Of a stretch of DNA of 64,000 nt, positions 27,212 to 36,737 are shown piece by piece. This DNA comes from a virus: positions 47,342-111,341 of IMG/VR virus record IMGVR_UViG_3300025928_000005; one strand, 5' to 3'. Positions within the stretch are counted from its first letter, which is position 1. The number at the start of each line of letters is the position of its first letter. Position numbers and translations under genes: made by a program. Under the pieces are notes generated by a model. It was not told the DNA's origin. It searched no databases and saw only the letters and a program-made list of their open reading frames with translations.

Positions 27212-28276
27212 GTGAGCGAGACCACGAGGCCGGCGGGGACGACGCCGTTCTACCTCGCCGCATTGGCCGGCATGGCCGTGTCCCTGAACACCAGCTGGAA
27301 CTTCTTCGGGGACGTGCTGGGCGTCACCGACGTCGACCGCTACACCATGTTCTTCGTGCTGGAGCTCGCCCAGGTCGCCTGCGCCTGGGGCATGCGCGCG
27401 TCGATCCGCCGGCACGTCGACGGCGACCACCGGCCGTCACCGGGCCCGGCGCGCTGGGTCGCCTGGGCCCTCTGCGCCGTCTCCGCCTACATGGCGTGGA
27501 GCCTCAGCGGCTTCTGGGTCGGCGTCGCCCGGGTGCTGATCGGCCCCCTGCTCAGCCTGATCATGCTTCACCTCGCGCTGGGCATCGAGATCCGCGGCCT
27601 TCAGGTGGGCAACGACACCACCCTCGCCCGGGTCGGCCGGGAGCTGCGGGAGCGGCTCCTCTCCCTGCTCGGGCTCGGTGACGAGGAGCGGGACGCCAAG
27701 ACGATGTCACGGCTCCGCGCGGAGCGCCGCGCCTTCAAGATCCGCATGACCGCGAGCGGCAAGCGTCGGCACCGGCGCCGCTTCGTGCAGCAGATCGCGC
27801 GGGCCGGCGTGGCGAACGACCCGGAGGCCCTCGAGCGCTTCAACACCGGGATGATGCTGGCCGCGAACGTGAACAAGCTGTGGGACCAGGAGCGGCCGCT
27901 GCCACCCGAGCTGACGGGTGCCACGGACGACGTGCCAGGTGTCATCGACGCCGAGGTCGTGCCAGATGCCACCACCGAGGTGGCACCAGACAGTGACAGT
28001 GACAGTGACAGTGACAGTGACAGTGACAGTGACAGTGACAGTGACACCGAGGTGGCACCTGACACCAAGAGCGTGACACCCAAGGCGGTGCCGCTGACAT
28101 CCCTCAGCGCCCGGACCCAGGCGGAGGTTGACACCATCCTCGACCTGATGAGCGAGAAGGGTCTGGACGCGGTCACGATCGAGTACATCATGGAGCACGT
28201 TGGCCTGAAGTTCTCCACGGCGGCGCGGCGGCGGCGGGTCGCGGTGGCGCTCTTCGAGGCTCGACAGGTGTCGTGA
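27212..28276 (+). CDS. Spd-like multi-TM protein with C-terminal HTH-like segment
   Basis: 4 N-terminal TM helices, RELRERLLSLLGL, low-complexity linker; upstream of FtsK-like gene. Confidence 0.6.
   Translation: MSETTRPAGTTPFYLAALAGMAVSLNTSWNFFGDVLGVTDVDRYTMFFVLELAQVACAWGMRASIRRHVDGDHRPSPGPARWVAWALCAVSAYMAWSLSGFWVGVARVLIGPLLSLIMLHLALGIEIRGLQVGNDTTLARVGRELRERLLSLLGLGDEERDAKTMSRLRAERRAFKIRMTASGKRRHRRRFVQQIARAGVANDPEALERFNTGMMLAANVNKLWDQERPLPPELTGATDDVPGVIDAEVVPDATTEVAPDSDSDSDSDSDSDSDSDSDTEVAPDTKSVTPKAVPLTSLSARTQAEVDTILDLMSEKGLDAVTIEYIMEHVGLKFSTAARRRRVAVALFEARQVS
27989..28045 (+). repeat. (GACAGT)x9 in-frame microsatellite encoding (DS)9
   Basis: direct observation. Confidence 0.95.
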
Positions 28277-28292
28277 CACCCGACACCTGACC

Positions 28293-28331
28293 TGCCACTG
28301 CCACCGGTGCCACGTGCCGGTGGCAGTGGCA
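28293..28331. repeat. 15-bp perfect inverted repeat built of TGCCAC units
   Basis: TGCCACTGCCACCGG-N9-CCGGTGGCAGTGGCA. Confidence 0.85.
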
Positions 28332-28400
28332 CGTCTGGCACGCGACCCACGTCACGTCCTCATTCATCAGTTGATGTGATACAGTGATACCACCGAGGAG

Positions 28401-29915
28401 GTGATGACGGTGAGCGAGAGGCTCGAGAGCGACGAGGAGCAGGTGTTCGCGTCGGCGGCACCGGTGCCTGAGGAAGGCCTGGTGAGCGGGTCGGAGACGC
28501 CGGAGAAGGAGACCGACCAGGCCTCCAAGGAGGAGGCCCCCAAGGTCCCGACCGGGGGCAAGGCCCGCCAGGCCGCGGGGCGACCGACGTGGCACCTGTC
28601 CCTGACCCTGGGCCTGGTGATCGCCCTAGCCGGCGGGGTGCTCCTGTGGATGCAGTCGCCGGCGCTGGCGCTGCTCGTTGGCGGCGCCCTGGTCGTGCTG
28701 GTGGGGCTCGCCCTCGCCCTGTGGCACCTCTTCGGGTCCGATGCCACCGGCCGTCGAGCTGCCAACCGCCGTGCCAACGACGTGGCAGCCCGTGCCACCG
28801 GGAACCGTGGCAGTGACACCTCACGGCGGCAGGCAGCTGGCAGTGACACCCGCCGAGGTGCCACCTCGCGTGACACCGGTGGCACCTCACGTGCCACCCG
28901 TGCCAACCGCCGTGGCACGCGAGACGGTGACACCGATCCGCGAGGTGCCACTCGCCGCCGGCGACGTGGCACCGATGACACCCGTGACCCGGCACCGCGT
29001 GGCAGGCGACGGGATCGTGCCACCGAGCCCCGTGGCACGGGTGGCACGCCGCGTGACCGAGGCGGTCAGCCACGGCAGCCGCGTGCCACGCCGCCCGGCG
29101 GCGGGCGACCGCAGCAGCCGCGCGGCGTCAAGGACCCGACCGGTGGCCGGCAGCCGGCACCGAACGCGGAGCGAAACCCGTACCGCAACCGAAACCGCAA
29201 CCCGTACTGGAACCGCGACCGTGACCGACCCGGCTTCTGGCGTGAGCGCACCTGCGTCAATGGCGGCCGCCCACCGATCACCAAGGTGCCGAAGGCTGAG
29301 GACGCCGCGGCCGACGAGGGAAAGAGGCCGGTGAGGTTGAAGCCACTTCGCTGGCGAAGCCGTCGAGGGAAGCTGCCGGTCCCGCAGGAGCCGAGGCCGG
29401 CTCGAGCCAAGGTGACCAAGCCGCCGCGGGAGCCGAGGCGTCCCAACGAGACCAGCGTGGAGTGGCCGAACGTGGATCAGGACCACTACGAGCCGGTGAT
29501 CGCGAGCAAGCTGCCGCGCATCACCCACGCGAGGCGAGCGGTCAAGCTGCCGCCCATCTACCACCGCAAGGGTGAGCCCCAGTGGCCCACCGACGACGAG
29601 GACCAGCGGGGACCCACCGTCCCCCCGCAGCGAGACAGGAGAGGCACCGTGGTAACCCCTGATCAGATGACCCGGGCCGACTGGGAGGCCCACTGCAGCC
29701 GGGCGGCCAACCTGGCTACCAAGGCGGCTCAGGCGAAGGACGAGCTGGCCACGAGGGCCCTCCAGGAGGCTCAGCTCCTGGACGGCATGGATGACCCGGA
29801 GATGCGGGAGGCGCAGGCCAACCACCTCCACGCGGCCTCCCGGGCGGCCCTCGACGGCGAGGTTCGCCGTCACAAGGCCGCGATCTGGAGCTCCCTGGGC
29901 CAGAATCCCGTGTAG
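28401..29915 (+). CDS. membrane protein with long low-complexity region (Spd-like)
   Basis: 2 TM helices then R/T/G/P-rich repeats; GAGGAGG RBS. Confidence 0.55.
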   Translation: MMTVSERLESDEEQVFASAAPVPEEGLVSGSETPEKETDQASKEEAPKVPTGGKARQAAGRPTWHLSLTLGLVIALAGGVLLWMQSPALALLVGGALVVLVGLALALWHLFGSDATGRRAANRRANDVAARATGNRGSDTSRRQAAGSDTRRGATSRDTGGTSRATRANRRGTRDGDTDPRGATRRRRRGTDDTRDPAPRGRRRDRATEPRGTGGTPRDRGGQPRQPRATPPGGGRPQQPRGVKDPTGGRQPAPNAERNPYRNRNRNPYWNRDRDRPGFWRERTCVNGGRPPITKVPKAEDAAADEGKRPVRLKPLRWRSRRGKLPVPQEPRPARAKVTKPPREPRRPNETSVEWPNVDQDHYEPVIASKLPRITHARRAVKLPPIYHRKGEPQWPTDDEDQRGPTVPPQRDRRGTVVTPDQMTRADWEAHCSRAANLATKAAQAKDELATRALQEAQLLDGMDDPEMREAQANHLHAASRAALDGEVRRHKAAIWSSLGQNPV

Positions 29916-29992
29916 GATTGAGGCGAGCGGCATCTCGACCCCCGACCGGAATGGTCGGGGGTCGAGGTCGCTCTACGGAAAGAGGAAAAAAG

Positions 29993-32170
29993 ATGACCAC
30001 GATTCCCCACAAGGTGTTCCTTCCCGCGGTGGGTGCCCTGCTGACCCTCTCACTGGGCATCACCCTGATCCTGTCCGAACTACCGTCGTGGCTCACGGTT
30101 CTGATCACGATCGCCGCGACGGGCGTCACGGTTCTGATTTCGGAGCAGCTCGTGCTCAGCGCGTGGTGCCTCGCGGACCTGACCGTGGACGGCAAGGGGA
30201 TCGCGGTTCGTCTGGTGGCGCTCGCGGTGGTGAGCGACGGCTCGCTCGCGGTGTTTCTCGAGGTAGCGGGCCTGAGCGCGCTGCCTCTCGCCCTGCTCGG
30301 TCAGCTCGCGCTGGCCGTCTCTCAGGTCCTCGTGGCCGTGGTCGCTGACGCGTACCTGTTCCGGATGCGGCCCCGGCTGAGGCGCGTGGCCTGGGAGAGG
30401 CAGCAGCACGCCGCGAGGCAGCGACAGCAGCAAGTTGAGGTGAGGAAGGGTCGGGAGAGGGCCGACGCGCTCGTGAGGGCCGACCCCGCGACGGTGACCA
30501 CCACCGAGAGCCACGACGTTCGGATCATGCGAGAGGCCCTCAAGCGCGTCAAGCTCGACTGGGTTGAGATCCGGGGTGAGCCCACGCGCCTGAGCGATGA
30601 CCGCGGGCTCTTCGGCATTCGCTTTGAGGTTCAAATCACCTCAACGGCGATGCTGAACAAGAACCAGCGCACGCTTTCCGTGGACAGCGCGGAGCCGATC
30701 GCGGTGGCTCTCTCGGAGCTCCTGAACCAGCGGCTGCACCGGAAGTGGGTGGCCATTCAGCGCCTCGAGCACGCCGGCGGCTACACGATCACGGTGACCA
30801 CGCAGGACGTCATGAAGCGGGTCTACCAGTTTCAGGACACGCTCGAGTGGGGGGACATCGAGGTTCCAGCTCGGGTGGGCTTTGGGTTGGATGCGCGGCC
30901 CATTTACCTAAAGCTTCGGCAGCACGGCCAGTTCCTGGGAAAGACCCGAGCCGGCAAGTCCTCGCTGATCAACTGCACGATCGCCTACGGCACCCGCTGC
31001 CGCAACGTCGTGTATTGGATCTGCGGCGTGAAGAAGCTGTACGACATCCTCGCCGGCTGGCTCGAGATCTACCTCGACACCGAGTTCGACATGCCCTTCG
31101 ACTGGGTCATGGCGGGCCCGGCGGACACCGCGGAGATGCTGGCCGCCCTGGAGCGCGTGTCGCGGTACCGCCAGTCCCTACGCAACCACGAGCGGCAGAA
31201 CCTGCCGGACATCATCCTCGTCCTGGATGAGGCCAGCTACGCCCTGCGCGACACCTCGGTGACGGGCGAGGTGGACGGCCTCGACCTGACCATGTCGGCC
31301 CTGTGCGGCATGATCACCCAGGGCGCGGGGTCGGCGAACTGCTGGCTGCACTACGCCACGCAGCGCGACACCAACGACCAGCTCGGCAGCGTCGGCGGCG
31401 ACATCCAGGCGCAGGTCGGGTTCACGGCCATGTTCGGCACGCAGGACAACCTCTCGCTCGGTCGGCAGCTCGGTGACTTCAAGCTGCCGCCGCCCACCCA
31501 CAAGGGCGAGTACTACCTGAAGAACGACGACGCGGAGGAGACCTACCCGGTCCTGGTGAAGTCGGAGTACATCCAGGAGGATGACCCCAGCAAGCCCGTC
31601 CTGCACGACGGGCTCAAGCTCAGCGAGGTGTCTTGGTCGCGGCGGAACTTCAAGACCCGCCTCGACGAGGGGTCGCAGCGCGCCGCCGGCGAGGTGTACC
31701 TGCGGCGGCCGACCCGGGTCACGGAGCGGTTCATCGACTACCTGCGAAACCCGCGGGGCGTCTCGATGCCCCTCAGCGGCCTCAGCTACGGGGCCGGGAC
31801 GGCCACCGAGGTCGACCCGGACGAGGCCGCGAGGGACCTCGCGAGGCACCAGGGGCTCGACTTCGATGACCTGCCGCCGGCGCAGAGGGAGGCCTACCGG
31901 GAGGTCGCGCGGGAGCTCCACGAGGACGTTCCGGCGCCGTCGGACGAGCCCAGCGCGCCGGTCAGTGGCAACCTCACGGAGCAGGTCACGTGGGTCCTGC
32001 GCCGCGCCGGCCGCCCCCTGGCGATGCGGGACCTCCTCGACGCGATGCGGACCGCTGGGCTGGAGGTCCGCAGCGAGGGGTCGGTGCGCAACCTGCTCGG
32101 GAAGCTCGTGGAGGACGGGGTCCTCACCCGAGGCGCGGACCGCCTCTACGAGCTTCCCGACGGTAACTGA
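29993..32170 (+). CDS. FtsK/SpoIIIE-family DNA translocase, TraB-like
   Basis: N-terminal TM helices; Walker A GKTRAGKS; Walker B ILVLDEA; ATQR; C-terminal winged helix. Confidence 0.75.
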   Translation: MTTIPHKVFLPAVGALLTLSLGITLILSELPSWLTVLITIAATGVTVLISEQLVLSAWCLADLTVDGKGIAVRLVALAVVSDGSLAVFLEVAGLSALPLALLGQLALAVSQVLVAVVADAYLFRMRPRLRRVAWERQQHAARQRQQQVEVRKGRERADALVRADPATVTTTESHDVRIMREALKRVKLDWVEIRGEPTRLSDDRGLFGIRFEVQITSTAMLNKNQRTLSVDSAEPIAVALSELLNQRLHRKWVAIQRLEHAGGYTITVTTQDVMKRVYQFQDTLEWGDIEVPARVGFGLDARPIYLKLRQHGQFLGKTRAGKSSLINCTIAYGTRCRNVVYWICGVKKLYDILAGWLEIYLDTEFDMPFDWVMAGPADTAEMLAALERVSRYRQSLRNHERQNLPDIILVLDEASYALRDTSVTGEVDGLDLTMSALCGMITQGAGSANCWLHYATQRDTNDQLGSVGGDIQAQVGFTAMFGTQDNLSLGRQLGDFKLPPPTHKGEYYLKNDDAEETYPVLVKSEYIQEDDPSKPVLHDGLKLSEVSWSRRNFKTRLDEGSQRAAGEVYLRRPTRVTERFIDYLRNPRGVSMPLSGLSYGAGTATEVDPDEAARDLARHQGLDFDDLPPAQREAYREVARELHEDVPAPSDEPSAPVSGNLTEQVTWVLRRAGRPLAMRDLLDAMRTAGLEVRSEGSVRNLLGKLVEDGVLTRGADRLYELPDGN

Positions 32171-32180
32171 GAGCACACGG

Positions 32181-32272
32181 TGCATGTGTCATATGCACCC
32201 GACAGGTACCCCCTGACCGGGGCATGCAGGGGGCTCAGGGGGTGCGTGTCATATGTCATATGACACATGACA
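32181..32272. repeat. cluster of TGTCAT/ATGACA repeats right after TraB-like gene (clt-like)
   Basis: TGTGTCATATGCAC and GTGTCATATGTCATATGACACATGACA flanking a CCCCCTGA/TCAGGGGG inverted repeat. Confidence 0.55.
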
Positions 32273-32313
32273 GCTACCGAGAGTAACATCACACCGAGCT
32301 AGGGAGACCAACC

Positions 32314-33072
32314 GTGTGCCTCGGGCGCACCCACGTTCTCGGCGGCGTCGCGGGCGGCTTCGCCGTCGCCGACGCCTACTCCGCCCTCGTGCGGCAGCTG
32401 CCGCTGACGGTGAGCCTCGCCTGCGCCGCCGTGGCTGGCGGGGCGGCCCTGCTCAACGACCTCGACACGCCCTCATCCACCGCGTCCCACTCCCTGGGGC
32501 GGCTCAGCCAGGGGGCGGCGCGGGGTGTCCAGTGGCTGGCTCAGGTCGCGTTTGAGGCGACCGCGACGCCGGCCGACGCGCGGTACGGGTCACCGGTCCA
32601 CCGAAGCCTCACCCACACCGGGGTCGCGGCCGTCGCGGTGGGAGCCGGCACGTGGCAGCTCGCGCGGCTGGGCTGGGGCGTGACGCTGGCCGTGACCCTG
32701 CTGACGACGTTCCTCGCCCTTCGGGCGCTGACGAGTCAGCGGGGCGTGGGGTCGGTGGCCGCGACGCTTCTCGGCGGCGGCGCGATCACCCTCGCGGCGC
32801 CGACCCCGGTCATCGTGGGGCTCGCGGTCACCGCGGGGCTGCTGAGCCACGACGTTCTCGACGGCTGCACGACGATGGGGGTGCCGTTCTGGTGGCCCCT
32901 GCGGATCCGCGGGATGCGGTGGCGGCGGGTCGGCCTGCCGCGCTTCCTGCGCTTTCACACCGGCGCGAGAGCGGAGGCGTGGTTCACGATACTGGTGAGC
33001 GCGGCTGGCGTCGCTCTGCTGCCGCCGGTTCTCGCGGTTACGGTGAGCTTGGCGCACGTCTACCTACGGTAA
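32314..33072 (+). CDS. membrane-bound metal-dependent hydrolase (YbcI/YdjM-like)
   Basis: TH, LLNDLD, HRSLTH, SHDVLDGCT..GVP motifs; several TM helices. Confidence 0.85.
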   Translation: MCLGRTHVLGGVAGGFAVADAYSALVRQLPLTVSLACAAVAGGAALLNDLDTPSSTASHSLGRLSQGAARGVQWLAQVAFEATATPADARYGSPVHRSLTHTGVAAVAVGAGTWQLARLGWGVTLAVTLLTTFLALRALTSQRGVGSVAATLLGGGAITLAAPTPVIVGLAVTAGLLSHDVLDGCTTMGVPFWWPLRIRGMRWRRVGLPRFLRFHTGARAEAWFTILVSAAGVALLPPVLAVTVSLAHVYLR

Positions 33073-33131
33073 ACGAGCTGAGGTATGCTGCGAGCTGAGA
33101 GCTGAGCCCGCCGAGCGAGGAGCTGAGAGCC

Positions 33132-33326
33132 GTGCCTCACAAGCGAGCCAAGGAGATCAAGGTGGATGACATCGTGTGGGGATCCGCCGGCTGGTGGCGC
33201 GTGACCAAGATCTACCAGAACTTCGGTGGCCGACCCGGCGAGTACGCCTTCGACACCGAACACCTCGAGACGAAGGCCGTGGGGTCGATGGTGGGACCAG
33301 CCATGATGCGACTGCTAGTCAAGTGA
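33132..33326 (+). CDS. hypothetical protein
   Basis: RBS. Confidence 0.55.
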   Translation: MPHKRAKEIKVDDIVWGSAGWWRVTKIYQNFGGRPGEYAFDTEHLETKAVGSMVGPAMMRLLVK

Positions 33327-33412
33327 CCGAGCCAGCTGTTTACATCTGAGGTCGAGGGTGATAGGGTAGTCTCAGCGGCCAAGGGAACCGGCCTCAGGAG
33401 GAAGAGCGGAAC

Positions 33413-33700
33413 GTGACCGAGGAACGGCTCGAGTTCAAGCGAATGACCGGCGGCTACGTCGCCGAGAACCACCACCGGCACTACTCGATCTACAGCGGGT
33501 GGGGCTACCGCCCGGACCTCAAGGCTGAGGGGTTCATCTGGACCCTCGAGGTTCGAGAGAAGACCGAGACGCTGGGCCGGCGAAACGTCGTCGGGCAGCC
33601 GGTGATCTATCGGGTTGAGCGGCACACCCGAGGCGAGCTTCTAGAGCTGGCGCAGCTCTTCGAGGTGTCCATCCTCGAGGCGCTGCGAAGCCGGACCTGA
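33413..33700 (+). CDS. hypothetical protein
   Basis: follows TTTACA promoter near 33338. Confidence 0.65.
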   Translation: MTEERLEFKRMTGGYVAENHHRHYSIYSGWGYRPDLKAEGFIWTLEVREKTETLGRRNVVGQPVIYRVERHTRGELLELAQLFEVSILEALRSRT

Positions 33701-33736
33701 CGGTTCACGAGGAACGACGAGAGAAAGAGGCAACGA

Positions 33737-34075
33737 ATGAGCTGGCTCGGAGACAAGGCGAGCGAGAAGCTGGACCGCGCGCAGCCGAAGTCGCTTCTGG
33801 GCAAGGCCGCGGTCGCCACGGCGAAGGGGGTCCGCGCCGTGGACCGGCGCACCGGCGGTGACCCGCACAACAAGACGGGTGGCGACCCGACGAAGTGCCA
33901 CATGCGGGCGCGCCGCAAGGGCAAGGAGTGCAACGCCGATCTGAAGACCCGCCGGCAGATGGAGCAGGGCCACTGCGGCCACCACATCTGCGCCAAGGAG
34001 CACATCGCCTACACGTCTCACCCCGACTACGACGACCGCTTCGACACCACGCACCGCCACGTGAAGCGCTGGTGA
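33737..34075 (+). CDS. hypothetical Cys/His-rich protein
   Basis: GAGGAAC leader. Confidence 0.6.
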   Translation: MSWLGDKASEKLDRAQPKSLLGKAAVATAKGVRAVDRRTGGDPHNKTGGDPTKCHMRARRKGKECNADLKTRRQMEQGHCGHHICAKEHIAYTSHPDYDDRFDTTHRHVKRW

Positions 34076-34180
34076 CGCGAGCTGAGGCGCGGCTGGTGAG
34101 GGTGCCGGCCGCGCCTCAGCTGTTTACAAATCAGCTCGGGTGAGGTACGGTAGGCTCAGGAACGAGGAACGGAGGACCTG

Positions 34181-34405
34181 ATGGATCAGATCGAGACGAT
34201 CGAGGTCATCACACCGCGCTGCAGCGAGTGCCATCGAGTGAGCCGCCTGCGGGTGCCGCGGCCGGGCTACGAGCTCTGGCGAGCAGGCGCCCACATCCAG
34301 GACGCGCTGTCAACCTTGACGGCGCAAGAGCGCGAAATGTTGATGACCGGCATCCACCCGGACTGCTGGGATCAGCTGATGGCTGCGATCGAGGGTGAGG
34401 CGTGA
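34181..34405 (+). CDS. hypothetical Zn-binding protein
   Basis: CSEC..REMLMTGIHPDCWD; promoter near 34123. Confidence 0.7.
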   Translation: MDQIETIEVITPRCSECHRVSRLRVPRPGYELWRAGAHIQDALSTLTAQEREMLMTGIHPDCWDQLMAAIEGEA

Positions 34406-34767
34406 TGGGAACCAACTACTACGCGTGCACGGATGACACGCCGGGCATCGAGGACGGTCTGCACATCGGCAAGTCCTCAGGTGGCTGGGACTTTCTGTGG
34501 CGCGGCCACGAGCGCCTCAACCTGATCACCCGTGAGCTGTGGGAGGGCTACCTCAGGCAGCCGAGGGTCACCATCGTGGCGGAGCACGGCGTCACGTACA
34601 CGCTCGACGAGTTCCTCAAGGTGATCGTGGACGAGAAGCCGTCGGTCGTCATCCGACACGCCAACTACTGGCTGCGTCACAGCCGCGACTCGCTCGAGAA
34701 CTCACTGAACGTCACGTGTTGGGTCGACGAGGCCGGCAACCCCTTCTGCGGCGTGGAGTTCTGCTGA
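34402..34767 (+). CDS. hypothetical phage protein
   Basis: MGTNYY..HIGKSSGGW.F motif. Confidence 0.7.
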   Translation: MMGTNYYACTDDTPGIEDGLHIGKSSGGWDFLWRGHERLNLITRELWEGYLRQPRVTIVAEHGVTYTLDEFLKVIVDEKPSVVIRHANYWLRHSRDSLENSLNVTCWVDEAGNPFCGVEFC

Positions 34768-35528
34768 TGTGGGGCGTGGCGTGGGTCGTGGTCCGCCGAG
34801 CGAACGGTCGGTTCGTTCGGCGGGTCCGGGCGAGGTCGAGCTACCACGCGAAGCAACTGAAGAAGACGCTCGAGGAGACCTACGACCACACCTACGGCGT
34901 GTCGATCGAGCGAGGTGAGCCGCGGTGACGCTGACCGACCGGGAGTTCTTCGAGCGGTTCGAGCCGTTCATCGACTCCCTGACCGCGGTGACCCGGACGG
35001 AGGTCACCGAGCTGATGAGGCGACTCGGGGATGACCCCAGGGACGCCGTGACGCGTCAGCTGCGGATCGAGCAGCTGCTCAACGCCGTCAGGGGAAACCT
35101 ACGGAGGTGCCCGTGACCGACCTAGCCCTCAGCGTGCTGCAGATCGTGGGGGTGATCGCGGTCGCGTGGATTGCCCTGATCGCGTTCGTGGGAGTCGTGA
35201 TCGTTCTCGTCTTGATGGCGTTGAACTGGCGCGACCGCCGCTTCTGGCGGCGAGAGCGGCGTCGCCGCATGGAGCTCCGCGCCGAGGCTCAGCGCCGCCG
35301 CGAGGCCAACCGGTGACCCACGAGAACCCCGAGCTCCGCCGCGGCCTGAACCGGGCCGCGGCGGAGTTTCTGCGCGAGATGGCCAACCTCGTGGAGGCCA
35401 ACGACGCGTACAACTTGAGCTGGGAGCGCCGGACCGAGTTCCCGTGGCTGGTAACCGGGCAGCGAGCGAGCGATGAGCCGCTCAGCGAGACCTGGGTCAT
35501 TCAGATCGACGTGCGACGAGAGACGTGA
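34767..35528 (+). other. four coupled small ORFs (34767-34928, 34925-35116, 35107-35316 TM, 35313-35528)
   Basis: overlapping start/stop codons. Confidence 0.55.
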
Positions 35529-35538
35529 GGACCAACCT

Positions 35539-36678
35539 GTGCGGATTCTGATCCTGGGCGGTGACGGCTACCTCGGGTGGCCCACCGCCCTTCACCTGTC
35601 CGACGCCGGCCACGAGGTGGGGATCGTGGACGACCTCAGCCGCCGGCGCATCGACCGGGAGCTCGGCACCGAGAGTCTCGTGCCGATCCAGGGCATCAAC
35701 GCTCGCCACGACGCGTGGTACGACGTGAGCGGCCACGAGCTGCGTTGGTTCAACGCCGCAGTTGACACCGGTGGGGAGCTCGTATACGAGCTGCAGGAGT
35801 TCCAGCCCGACGCGGTGATTCACCTCGCCGAGCAGCGCTCCGCGCCCTACTCCATGCTGGACAGCTGGCACGCGGCGTACACGCAGCGCCGGAACGTGAT
35901 CGGCACCCTCAACTTGATCCACGCCGTGGCGGAGGTCAACCCGGACATCCACATCGTGAAGCTCGGCTCCCTCGGCGAGTACGGCACCCCGAACCTCGAC
36001 ATCGAGGAGGGGTGGCTCAACGTGGAGCACAACGGTCGCCGCGACCGCGTGCTGTACCCGAAGCGGCCCGGCTCGTGGTACCACCTGTCGAAGGTGCACG
36101 ACTCCAACAACCTGGAGTTCGCGTGCCGAACGTGGGGGTTGCGGGTCACGGATCTGAACCAGGGGATCGTCTACGGCACTCACACCGAGCAGACCCTGCG
36201 GGATCCCGCGCTCGAGACGCGGTACGACTACGACGAGTTCTTCGGCACGGCTCTGAACCGGTTCGCGGTGCAGGCCGCGCTCGGTGAGCCTCTCACCGTG
36301 TATGGGGACGGCACGCAGGTCCGCGGGTTCATCGACCTCCGCGACTCGGTGCGCTGCCTCGAGCTGGCGTGCCTGCACCCCGCCGGGCGGGGCGAGTTCC
36401 GGGTCTTCAACCAGCTCACCGAGACGTTCTCGATCCTGGAGATCGCGCAGCACGTCGCCGCGGTGACCGGGGCGACGGTGCGACACCTCCCGAACCCCCG
36501 CGTGGAGGAGCAGAGCCACCGCTACCGCGTGACGCGGACGGGGCTCAAGGAGCTCGGCCTCGAGCCTCACCTCCTGAACGCGCTGGTGATCAACGTGCTC
36601 GTGGAGCGAGCCAAGCGCCACCTCAGCCGGGTCAACCCGGACGTGATCCAACCGACCGTGAGCTGGCACCGGCAATAG
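35539..36678 (+). CDS. sqdB: UDP-sulfoquinovose synthase-like NAD-dependent epimerase/dehydratase
   Basis: GGDGYLGWPTALHLS, EQRSAPYSM, KLGSLGEYGTPN, YHLSKVHDS, DLNQGIVYG, FGTALNRF. Confidence 0.88.
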   Translation: MRILILGGDGYLGWPTALHLSDAGHEVGIVDDLSRRRIDRELGTESLVPIQGINARHDAWYDVSGHELRWFNAAVDTGGELVYELQEFQPDAVIHLAEQRSAPYSMLDSWHAAYTQRRNVIGTLNLIHAVAEVNPDIHIVKLGSLGEYGTPNLDIEEGWLNVEHNGRRDRVLYPKRPGSWYHLSKVHDSNNLEFACRTWGLRVTDLNQGIVYGTHTEQTLRDPALETRYDYDEFFGTALNRFAVQAALGEPLTVYGDGTQVRGFIDLRDSVRCLELACLHPAGRGEFRVFNQLTETFSILEIAQHVAAVTGATVRHLPNPRVEEQSHRYRVTRTGLKELGLEPHLLNALVINVLVERAKRHLSRVNPDVIQPTVSWHRQ

Positions 36679-36737
36679 GGTTTACATCCGACGGCTGACG
36701 TGATATTGTTCTATCAGGAACAGCGGAAGGAGGAACC

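Noticed and set aside
27989-28045. Phase-variation switch
   Set aside because: The unit is 6 bp, so slippage keeps the frame and only changes linker length.
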